NCBI RefSeq assembly: GCF_006345805.1
Contig: NW_021826138.1
Span: forward strand, 1 to 13,344
Length of the DNA: 13,344 nucleotides
Direction of reading: 5' to 3'
Source of the DNA: Octopus sinensis
Lineage: Eukaryota
Part shown: piece by piece, positions 1 through 8,898 of the stretch
Layout: the number at the start of each line of letters is the position of its first letter
How positions within the stretch are numbered: position 1 is the first letter of the stretch
Made by a program: the position numbers and the translations under genes
Notes under the pieces: model-generated
Databases searched by the model: none
Told to the model about the DNA's origin: nothing
Seen by the model: only the letters and a program-made list of their open reading frames with translations

Positions 1-31
1 GCATGACTCAAGCATTTCTTCCCACAGATCA

Positions 32-32
32 A

Positions 33-116
<84 letters not shown>

Positions 117-160
117 ACACACACACACCACACACACACTCACACACACACACACACACA
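32..160. repeat. (CA)n microsatellite
   Basis: Near-perfect CA run; explains the HTHT ORF 3..242. Confidence 0.97.
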
Positions 161-171
161 TGTACATATAT

Positions 172-291
172 ATATGCGGCCATATCACGTTGAAAGCACC
201 GGTTCTTGTCCGATCACCGAAGTTAAGCAACGTCGAGCCTAGTTAGTTCTTAGATGGGTGACCGCTTGGGAAACCTAGGTGCTGTAAGCGT
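172..291 (+). rRNA. 5S rRNA gene copy, probably a dispersed pseudogene
   Basis: CGGCCATATCACGTTGAAAGCACCGGTTCTTGTCCGATCACCGAAGTTAAGCAACGTCGAGCCTAGTTAGTTCTTAGATGGGTGACCGCTTGGGAAACCTAGGTGCTGTAAGC matches metazoan 5S colinearly over about 115 nt. The first ~5 nt are replaced by (TA)n, there are substitutions near the C box, there is no oligo-T terminator, and it is not in a tandem array. Confidence 0.93.
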
Positions 292-305
292 CACACATTG
301 TTATA

Positions 306-600
306 GGCGTTGGAGTGACTGTGTGGTAAGTAGCTTGCTTACCAACCACTTTGGTTCCGGGTTCAGTCCCACTGCGTAGCACCTTGGGCAAGTGTCTTCT
401 GCCATAGCCTCGAGCCGACCAAAGCCTTGTGCGTGGATTTGGTAGACGAAAACTGAAAGAAGCCCGTCGTATATATGTATATATATAGATATATATATGT
501 GTGTGTGTGTTTGTGTTTCTGTGTTTGTCCCCCCAACATCGCTTGACAACCGATTGTGGTGTGATAGAGACCGATAGAATAAGTACTAGGCTTACAAAGA

Positions 601-603
<3 letters not shown>
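306..603 (+). mobile_element. tRNA-derived SINE, family A, internally deleted and 3'-truncated
   Basis: Pol III head (TGACTGTGTGG A-box-like, GGTTCAGTCCC B-box-like) and an internal (TA)/(TG) tract. Colinear with the reverse complement of 1532-1929 but lacks ~30 bp near 563 and ends in (GATA)n. Confidence 0.88.

Positions 604-645
<42 letters not shown>
601..645. repeat. (GATA)n microsatellite
   Basis: About 11 GATA units. Confidence 0.97.
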
Positions 646-1069
646 GCGTGTTTGTGATATACATACAAGCATTCATATACAACTACTTCCATGGTCATTC
701 GTACAGATATATATTTAAATTACATACATTAAAACTTTATTAACATATTTAAAATTGTCGATTAAGTCCAAGAATATGAAATAATAATAATAATAATAAT
801 ACTATGATAACACTCCTTGACGTCCCCTAAGAAAAACAAGCGGTGAAAGAGAAAAGAAAACAAAAAAAAAAAACTATGTATATATAAACTATATAAAAAA
901 AAATTAAGCGCGTCAAGTGGACACGGCTTGAAAGATAACTTCCTGTGCTTCACTTCCGGTATTTGCTACGTTTCTCGTTCATATTACAATCTATTTTCAA
1001 GTGCACATCACGTGTCTCTGACTCATCATAACTTATATCATCATTAAATCGTAATACTACAGTTGTTGA

Positions 1070-1267
1070 TATACACACATACCTACCTACCTACCTACCT
1101 ACCTACCTACCTACCTACATACATACATACATACATACATACATACACACATAATACATACATACATCATACATACATACATACATACATACATACGTGC
1201 ATACATACATATATATACCTACACACATCCACACACATACACTTACACTCACACCCACATACGCAAA

Positions 1268-1303
<36 letters not shown>
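1070..1303. repeat. compound (CCTA)n/(CATA)n/(CA)n microsatellite
   Basis: Visible tetra- and dinucleotide runs. Confidence 0.92.
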
Positions 1304-1306
<3 letters not shown>

Positions 1307-1531
1307 TGACCCCATTAATTCGATGTTTATTCTTGAAATGATTATGACGACTGCAGCAGAGTAGGCGGGAAACTGTGGCTAATCAATGTGTATGAATGTA
1401 TTTGTGTGCTTGTGTATGTACGTTTGTATATATGTCTGTATGCGTATATATGTATATATGTTTATACACACACGCACATATATGTTTATATATACATATA
1501 TGCATACATACACACATACATTATATACATA

Positions 1532-1929
1532 TACTCTTTTACTTGTTTCAGTCATTTGACTGTGACCATGCTGGAGCACCGCCTTCAGTCGAGCAAATCG
1601 ACACTAGGACTTATTCTTTGTAAGCCTAGTACTTATTCTATAGGTCTCTTTTACCGAACCGCTAAGTTACGGGGACGCAAACACACCAGCATCGGTTGTC
1701 AAGCGATGTTGGTGGGGGAACAAAAACACAAACACACAAACATATACACACACATATATGCATATATACATATATACGACGGGTTTCTTTCAGTTTCCGT
1801 CTACCAAATCCACTCACAAGGCTTTGGTCGGCCCGAGGCTATAGTAGAAGACACTTGCCCAAGGTGCCACGCAGTGGGACTGAACCAGGGACCATGTGGT
1901 TCGTAAGCAAGCTACTTACAGCCACTCCT
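1532..1929 (-). mobile_element. tRNA-derived SINE, family A, near full length
   Basis: Reverse complement reads AGGAGTGGCTGTAAGTAGCTTGCTTACGAACCACATGGTCCCTGGTTCAGTCCCACTGCGTGGCACCTTGGGC...GACTGAAACAAGTAAAAGAGTA. Homologous to 306-603, with a small deletion in the A-box region. Confidence 0.9.
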
Positions 1930-1930
1930 A

Positions 1931-2219
1931 TACACAATATATTGTCAGCATGGGGAGCGAACCCCTAACATCCTCCAGCAGATAACAGGATCGCGAGACT
2001 GACTCAGTTTCGAGGTATTCGGCTCATCCCCAGTCGCGAACACCTCCATGCTAGAACGATAGCCAAAGTCCGCTACCGCGAACAGTATATTGTAAACAAT
2101 ATAAAAGTGAGCATCGATCACTGATCTGCAACAAGCAAAATAACTTGCCATAAAATCTCAAGAAGAGATCAGAGTAGTAACGTGTACTAAACAGAAAAGC
2201 CAGTCGCCACATCCATATA
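1931..2219 (-). mobile_element. hammerhead-containing repeat, copy 1 (candidate Penelope pLTR or retrozyme monomer, truncated)
   Basis: Colinear homology to ~6992-7274 (GGGGAGCGA, TCCAGCAGAT.ACAGG, ATATTGTAAACAA, TCACTGAT.TGCAAC, AGAGTAGTAAC, CACATC.ATATA). Contains the hammerhead fold at 1991-2039. Confidence 0.7.
1991..2039 (-). ncRNA. type I hammerhead ribozyme motif (core variant A6G)
   Basis: Minus strand: TCGCGA CTGGGGA T GAGC-CGAATA-CCTC GAA ACTG-AGT-CAGT C TCGCGA, i.e. stem I / CUGANGA-like core / extra nt / stem II / GAAA / stem III / GUC site / stem I'. Confidence 0.72.
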
Positions 2220-2774
2220 CAGGGTCAGGCAAAATGATCTGACACATTTGTAGGTTAAATAAAAGGCAAATGAAGTAAAGAAACAAAAAAAGTGTTTTTA
2301 TTTTTGAAAAGTACATATAATACCATTTGTTTTTATTATTTTTAAAATTAAATCAGTCAAATGGGATCCATTATTGTCCACACACTGTCGAAGGCGTTCA
2401 CGAAAGTTGTCAATAACTCGGCGGGTCATTTCACGTGGAATGGCAGTCATTTCTTGACGAATTGCATCTTTAAGTTCTGGCGGTGCGAGGTCGGCCGGTT
2501 GATTTTCGTTTCAATGCAGATCCAGTAGCTCTGAAGTTGGTAACCCATAACAAGATCGTGTTTCGAGCTGGTACGGGATCATGTCTACCAAGATTGAAGT
2601 GCAAACGGAACGCTCTTTGTGTTGCAGTTATAGAATCGTTTGTTTTGATAAACGTTTCCACAATGAAAGCGCGATGCTCACCAGTCCAATTCATGGCAGC
2701 AACTGAAAAAAGGATCGAAAAACAATGCCTTTTATTTAAACTACAAATGTGTCAGATCATTTTGCCTGACCCTG
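2220..2774 (-). mobile_element. non-autonomous Tc1/mariner element, 555 bp, internally deleted
   Basis: 49-bp TIRs with one mismatch (CAGGGTCAGGCAAAATGATCTGACACATTTGTAG[G/T]TTAAATAAAAGGCA) at 2220-2268 and 2726-2774. TA target duplication at 2218-2219 and 2775-2776. Transposase N- and C-terminal remnants inside. Confidence 0.95.
2340..2694 (-). pseudogene. transposase remnant: N-terminal HTH (DUF4817-like) fused out of frame to the C-terminal helix, DDD domain deleted
   Basis: ORF 2470..2694 MNWTGEHRAFIVETFIKTNDSITATQRAFRLHF...TILLWVTNFRATGS...GRPRTART*. The +1 frame continues ELKDAIRQEMTAIPREMTRRVIDNFRERLRQCVDNNGSHLTDLI, a typical Tc1/mariner C-terminus (rosa/DD41D-like by recollection). 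Confidence 0.85.
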
Positions 2775-2819
2775 TATATACGACGGTCTTCGGCCCGAGG
2801 CTATAGTAGAAGACACTTG
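2775..2819 (-). mobile_element. short deleted fragment of SINE family A
   Basis: TATATACGACGG joined to TCGGCCCGAGGCTATAGTAGAAGACACTTG; matches ~1771-1857 with about 40 bp missing. Confidence 0.75.
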
Positions 2820-2859
2820 TTAGATATTACTGTGGCCAAGCAGGAACATCGTCATTACG

Positions 2860-3056
2860 CCGGAACAGTTTCCGGTGCAGTCGCGCCATGTTTCTTGCAG
2901 CGATGTGATTCCATCTGTTACGTGAGATAAAATTTCGTAATATATTCTTTGAATACATCCACATCTGCACCTTGCAGATCTCTGATGTTGTTTAGCAGTG
3001 TTGATAAGATACGGGCCCTTGAAACCTATGCTTTCACAGAACTGCGTCCTTACTCT
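2860..3056 (-). mobile_element. degraded CR1-type LINE ORF2 C-terminal fragment
   Basis: Minus-strand translation with frameshifts: RVRTQFCESIGFKGPYLIN / LLNNIRDLQGADVDVFKEYITKF / SHVTDG, resembling the CR1-clade ORF2 tail (S.GF.GP.LFN.LP...RD....D.FK..LD..L..VPD). Confidence 0.6.
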
Positions 3057-3057
3057 A

Positions 3058-3564
3058 TTAAGGTTTTAAACCGGGATCCATATGTCCCTTGAAGGTCTAT
3101 ATTAGATTTTTGGGCGTCCACATAACAAAATAGTACATTGAAGATACCCAGTTATATTTTAAGGGTCTCTGAAGAGCCCATGCTTCAGATGTATGTATTG
3201 GTATTTATTGAAAGAAACAGCTAGGTTTCTTTGTCTAACATTTTACATAATTTAACCTACACAGGTTTCTATAAAACTAGTTTTTAAACAATGAATGGTT
3301 CTGGGAATCTACCAGAATAAAATAGTAACGAAAGGGATCCATATATAAAAAATGGTTGAGAACCCCTGCTTTAGATGTATGTATTGGTATGTATTGCAAG
3401 AAACAGCCAGGTTTCATTCTTTGACATTTTACATTGTTTAATCGATACAATATGTAAACAATAAAATAAGAAATTTGTAAGAAGTCTCGATGGCTATCGG
3501 GGTCCACCAGAATGAAATGGTAATCAAAGGGGTCCATAGATTAGAAAATGGTTGAGAACCCCTA
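3058..3564. mobile_element. hAT-like MITE with tandemly duplicated ~190-bp terminal segment
   Basis: GGTTGAGAACCCCTG (3354-3368) and GGTTGAGAACCCCTA (3550-3564) are the reverse complement of the hAT/Charlie-type TIR CAGGGGTTCTCAACC. Units 3183-3368 and 3369-3564 both start CTT.AGATGTATGTATTGGTAT.TATTG.AAGAAACAGC.AGGTTTC. Left end near 3058 is degenerate. Confidence 0.65.
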
Positions 3565-3645
3565 CTGTAGATAGAGAGGGCAGGATCTTTGGTACAATTC
3601 ACTGGTGTCCAGTTCGGTGGTTGGTAGACACTCACACACAAAAAA

Positions 3646-3652
3646 ACACGCA

Positions 3653-3708
<56 letters not shown>

Positions 3709-3750
3709 ACACACAAACACTCACACACAATCACACACACACACACATAC
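3646..3750. repeat. (CA)n microsatellite
   Basis: CA run. Confidence 0.95.
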
Positions 3751-4090
3751 ATGTATGTGTTTGTGTGTGTGTACAAATATGTACATAAGCATATATTAAT
3801 GAATACGAAGTGTGGATTTATTTATGCACATGTCTATCCATCTATCGATCTATATGTCTGTCTGTCTGCCAATCTGTCTGTCTGTCTGTCTATCAATCTA
3901 TCTATCTATTTCTCTCGCTTTCTCCCTCTTTCGCGCGCTCTCTGTATATTTATATATATATCTTTATATATAAATATACACACGCATATCTATCTTTCCG
4001 TATCTCTCTTTCTCTCCCTCCCCTTTTCTCTCTCTCCATATATATATATTCATACATATCTTTATGTATGAATATACACACACATACATG

Positions 4091-4191
<101 letters not shown>

Positions 4192-4194
4192 GTA

Positions 4195-4384
4195 GTTAAT
4201 CCAAACAAGAAAGCACAAAAAACACAACAACGCGAGGACGTGGAACAAATATAGTATTATTGGACGCTCAGGAAAGAAGGAGGGTTTAACGTTTCGAGCG
4301 GAGCTCTTCGTCGGAAACATAGGAGAAGGAAAGATCCAGAGAAGGGAAGACAGAAGAAAAAAATCGCTAACGGTACACACGAGG
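4195..4384 (-). mobile_element. Penelope-like pseudo-LTR fragment inserted in (TATC)n
   Basis: ~190 bp of complex sequence bounded on both sides by (TATC)n; T-rich 3' part on the minus strand; carries a minimal hammerhead at 4284-4318. Confidence 0.7.
4284..4318 (-). ncRNA. minimal type I hammerhead ribozyme motif (Penelope type)
   Basis: Minus strand: GTTT CCGACGA A GAGC-TCC-GCTC GAA ACGT T AAAC. 4-bp stem I, CUGANGA core with U4C, extra A, 4-bp stem II, GAAA, palindromic ACGU in place of stem III, GUU cleavage triplet. Confidence 0.75.
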
Positions 4385-4496
<112 letters not shown>

Positions 4497-4520
4497 GTGT
4501 CTCTGTCTGTCTCTCTCTTT

Positions 4521-4561
<41 letters not shown>

Positions 4562-4892
4562 CTTTATATATGAATATACACACGCATATCTATCTATCTA
4601 TCTATCTATTATACGTACATACATGCGTATGTATTCACTTTCACTCGTGCCTACAAGCTGTAAACAAACACATAAATATATATATATATATACTCATATG
4701 TAACATAACCCAGGGTGAAAATGCTAATGAGTATAAATGACATCAATATCCGTTAAAGGGAAGCGAAGACTAAAGCTTTTAAAAGTTTTTCAAATGACTT
4801 CCGTAGAAATAATTGTATAGATCCTGCAAGCATGACTGACGTAACAAGCGGTGTAGTCCAGCAGAGAAGGCCCGCTTGTAAACTCATCCAGG

Positions 4893-5322
4893 TTAGAAGA
4901 AAAACGGCCATCTTTGGTTTCAAGACGAAAGGTGTTCTTCCATTAAGATAATGCTCGGTTATATACAACGAGGATGGCATTCCAAAGGCTGAAGCACTTT
5001 GAACGGGAAACGATGCTCCACACACCATATTCGCTGGACATTGCCCCATCTGATTATCATTTATTTCGCAGTCTTCAAAATAATTTGAACGGAAAAAATA
5101 TGAATTCTGTAGATGGGGTCAGAAAAGTACAGGAAGAGTGTTTTTTGTCACGGACAAGTGAATTTTGGAAGATGGGCTTTGCAAGTTTACCAGATTGATG
5201 GAAAAGCATTGTAGATAATGAAGGAGAGTATATTTTAGATTAAAAACAGAACTTTGTTTATCTTAATTTTGAAAAATGAAAGAAGTATAAAAAAAACTGC
5301 ATTATTTATGGGATGACTCAAT
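4893..5322 (+). mobile_element. mariner (DD34D) transposon 3' half, pseudogenised
   Basis: In-frame LEEKRPSLVSRRKVFFH*DNARLYTTRM...HTPYSLDIAPSDYHLFRSLQNNLNG...LPD*WKSIVDNEGEYILD* (stop 5241-5243). 34 residues between the last two catalytic Asp; two premature stops; TIR-like end ATTATTTATGGGATGACTCAAT followed by TA. Confidence 0.93.
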
Positions 5323-5462
5323 TATATATATATACATACACTTATGTATATTCACACTGATGCATATACAGACAGTATAAAGAATCGCATGCACACACGA
5401 GCATGTGAGTGAGTATATTATGTATTACATGAGAGTGTGTGTATACATACACACAGACATTC

Positions 5463-5486
5463 ATATATATATATATATATATATAA

Positions 5487-5569
<83 letters not shown>

Positions 5570-5570
5570 C
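5463..5570. repeat. (TA)n-(TC)n-(TA)n compound microsatellite
   Basis: Visible runs. Confidence 0.95.
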
Positions 5571-5806
5571 ATACATATATTTATGAATATATATGTATAT
5601 ATGCGCGCGCGTTCATGCATGCATGTTTTATACGTGTGTGTGCGTGTGTGCGTGTGTGCACATGTGTGCGGTGTGCGTTTAATATGAAATCAAGATTCTA
5701 CACATCTGCAGTTTGCAATCTTTGCGGACTATATACACGCATAAAAAAAAACAAGCATATTCTCAAAGACCTATAACAGTCCCACATACCTATAAACACA
5801 CATAGT

Positions 5807-5837
5807 CACACACACACTTCTACACACATCACACACA

Positions 5838-5897
<60 letters not shown>

Positions 5898-5940
5898 GCA
5901 CACACTAATACTTCTACATACACACACATATATACACACA
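5807..5940. repeat. (CA)n microsatellite
   Basis: CA run. Confidence 0.92.
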
Positions 5941-6028
5941 CCCCTGTGGTTTCTCACACACAAGACCAGTTGCTAAATATGTTGCATTTCCTTCACAACA
6001 GGAAAGACATGCACGTGCACGGGCTTTT

Positions 6029-6059
<31 letters not shown>

Positions 6060-6219
6060 CACACACACATACAGGTGTATATATATTACGAATAAACACA
6101 CGTAATTATACACTTATCTACATACTTAAGTACACACTTAACTACTCGTATACAGAGTTACACTTATAAACACACGTGCAAATACGCATGTAGCCATAAA
6201 TATACTATGACACATCGAT

Positions 6220-6699
6220 ACACACACACATACACACACATGCACATCTGCATACATATACACACGCATACACACAGAAACATATACACATGTATACCAC
6301 ACACACACTTCCACATGAACTCACACACATAACACACACCCACATCACATCACCCACATAACACACATATAACACACACAACACACACACAACACACACA
6401 CACAACACACACACACAACACACACACACAACACATACACTACACTCACATAACACACACACACAACACACACACACAACACATACACTACACTCACATA
6501 ACACACACACACAACACACACACACAACACACACACACAACACACACACACAACACACACACACAACACACACACAACACACACACACAACACACACACA
6601 CAACACACACACACAACACATACACTACACTCACATAACACACATAACATATACATAACACACACAAACACACACAAACACACGAGCACACACACACAC
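6220..6699. repeat. degenerate (CA)n / ACACACACACA-A minisatellite
   Basis: 11-13 bp CA units separated by an extra A; TACACTCACATA recurs at 6441, 6489 and 6626. Source of the Cys/Val ORFs. Confidence 0.9.
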
Positions 6700-6792
6700 T
6701 TAAATACATCTTCATTAAAGCATTAAGCATACATATATCTGTATATAGCCCCACAAGGGCCTATATATTAAAACATAAATATTAAAACATAA

Positions 6793-6840
6793 ATAGGAAA
6801 TAGTGGCACAAGGCACCAATGTTGTGCCACTATTTCCTAT
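6793..6840. other. perfect 19-bp inverted repeat with 10-nt loop
   Basis: ATAGGAAATAGTGGCACAA-GGCACCAATG-TTGTGCCACTATTTCCTAT. Confidence 0.9.
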
Positions 6841-6852
6841 CTATAATTCTAA

Positions 6853-6912
6853 CTGGCTCCCCGTGCCAGTGACACGTAAAAGCACCACCAGAACATGGTC
6901 GATGCCAGCTGC
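6853..6912 (+). mobile_element. possible short SINE body fragment
   Basis: CTGGCTCCCCGTGCCAGTGACACGTAAAAGCACC...GATGCCAGC resembles a common octopus interspersed repeat from memory; no second copy in the window. Confidence 0.4.
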
Positions 6913-6917
6913 ACTCG

Positions 6918-7483
6918 TGTTCAATGTGGCTAGTAGTTTAACACCAGACAGATCTTCTGTCAGCTGGTTATAGGTGCAGCTCTGCACGCTGTACATATAT
7001 ATACTGCAAGCAGGGGAGCGATCCCTTACAATCTTCCAGCAGATGACAGGGTCGTTAGACCGATTCGGTTTCGAGCTAGTTTGCTTGTTCTCAGTCGCAA
7101 AACTCCTGATCGCCAGATAGATGGCCATAGTTCGCTCCAGCCAGCAACATATTGTAAACAAAGCGACTATCGGTCACTGATTTGCAACGAGCAATGTAGC
7201 TTGTTGTAAAATCCGAATAAGAGACGAGAGTAGTAACTACACGAACAAGTAAAGTTAATCGTCACATCAATATAGGTTGTTCAGTGTTACTACTAGTTTA
7301 ACCCCAGGCAGATCTCCCGCCAGCTGGTTATAAGTGCAGCACCGCACCCTGTACATATGTATTGCCAGTAGGGGAGCACCACTGCACTCTCTACATATAT
7401 ATTGCCAGCAGGAGAGCTGCATCTATAACTAGCTGGTGGAAGATCTGCCTAGGTTAAACAAGCAGTAACACGAAACAGCCATA
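6918..7483 (-). mobile_element. hammerhead-containing repeat, copy 2: 360-bp monomer, partial tandem and terminal inversion
   Basis: 6918-7019 is repeated at 7278-7378 (offset 360). A ~38-bp sub-duplication lies at 7379-7417. 7413-7483 is an inverted copy of ~7272-7343. Homologous to 1931-2219. Confidence 0.78.
7052..7100 (-). ncRNA. type I hammerhead ribozyme motif (degenerate, G8A)
   Basis: Minus strand: TTGCGA CTGAGAA C AAGC-AAACTA-GCTC GAA ACCG-AAT-CGGT C TAACGA. Same length and register as 1991-2039. Confidence 0.62.
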
Positions 7484-7524
7484 CTTTCGTATCTTATTGA
7501 GATCTTACAGCTAGCTACTTTGCT

Positions 7525-7643
<119 letters not shown>

Positions 7644-7644
7644 G

Positions 7645-8700
7645 CAGGGTGCGTAAGATATTTGACGACAGATTTATGTTTATGAAAAAACATATATAAT
7701 AAAAGATAACTTTATTTATCAAAAAATGCTTTGAAGATAAAAATAAACCTCATCTATAATGTTATTTAATAAAGCCACCTTCAGCTTCAACAACTGCTTC
7801 TATATGAGATCTAAATCATCTACATGCTCGAATCAAGAGGTCCTGGTTCACATTGGACATTATCCTGACTATGGCAGCTTTCAAAGAATCTTTGGTGTTA
7901 TGAGCATGTTCATTGACCTCTCCCTCAACAATGCTCTACGTGTAATAGTCCAATGGATTGAGATCTGGGGAATTAGGAGGCCAAATGTTGGGGGTTATGT
8001 AATCATGAACATTTTCAGCCATCGTTTCCTGTGTTACTAGAGCCATGTGTGATAGTGCAGAGTCTTACTGAAACACATATGACATTCCATTGCATGCACT
8101 GTCTAACAATTATTTCCAGGACCTCAATGTAGGCGGCAGAGTTAACTTTAAAGAATTGTGGAAAGAAGTAAGGACGCATCACATCTCCTTCATTGCTGAA
8201 AAACCCTAAAACCATGACAGTTGCTGGAAATTTGTAGGCATAACACTTGGAACTTTACAAGGGTCTGCACATAAGCATCTGTCATTTCTTGTGTTAACTT
8301 TTTGATCTTGGTCAACTTTTGCTCGTTTGAGGAAAACCAAATCAAATCCTCTTCTGTTGGACTTTTCAGTTTCTTTAAGAACCTTTTAGTTCTGATGCAA
8401 TGATTTTCTTTTGCTTTTTCTGACAAATTGACCTTTCCTCATCATATAAGACTTATATCTGATGTCTTCGTAGACAACATTTTCGATTGTTCCTTTTGGC
8501 ACATGGAGATCTTTTGCAATTGACCTTATAGACTTTCTGGAATTGTAATCAATGGTCTGTTGAACTTGCTGGATAAATTCAAGTGTTCTTATGATTTCAG
8601 AGCGTTTAGAATGCTTTTTAAGCTTTGATACTGGTGATACGCTTCCATCTTCAGTCTCTAACTCCTTACAAACTTTGCATACGGAAGACTTATCTAAACA
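7645..8700 (-). mobile_element. DD37D (maT-type) Tc1/mariner transposon, pseudogenised
   Basis: Frameshifted pieces: ...KSIRSIAKDLHVPKGTIENVVYEDIRYKSY..., LIWFSSNE, MVLGFFSNEGDVMRPYFF, YVFQ*DSALSH...WPPNSPDLNPLDYY (37 residues between Asp), ...VVEAEGGFIK* (stop 7762-7764). TIR-like CAGGGTGCGTAAGATA at 7645; partner TIR not recognisable. Confidence 0.93.
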
Positions 8701-8858
8701 ATCACCCAAAGAGGTGCATTTTACACCTTGATATTTGATAATAATTACACGACATCTCACCAATATCCTACAGGTGTAAAAATGTGTCGAAACAATTGTA
8801 ATGATCTCGAGCAAAAAATGTCATTTATTCTATTTTCTGGCAATTATACTGTATGGAC

Positions 8859-8860
<2 letters not shown>

Positions 8861-8898
<38 letters not shown>

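Noticed and set aside
815-965. Possible promoter: TGACGT plus ETS-like ACTTCCTG and ACTTCCGG
   Set aside because: Short motifs, with no adjacent exon or transcript evidence; could be chance.
275-1968. ORFs with mutually similar peptides (RLPNP.TRLWSARGY, CKPSTYSIGL)
   Set aside because: The similarity comes from two copies of the same SINE, not a protein family.
1945-2151. 68-aa ORF similar to ORF 6841..7161 (DPVICW motif)
   Set aside because: Both are translations of the hammerhead repeat; indels differ between copies and the conservation is explained by nucleotide homology.
6205-6754. Cys/Val-rich ORFs resembling metallothionein or keratin-associated proteins
   Set aside because: They are translations of (TG)n-derived repeats, open in all three frames.
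8700-8860. Second TIR of the DD37D element
   Set aside because: No convincing reverse complement of CAGGGTGCGTAAGATA was found, so the boundary is left open.
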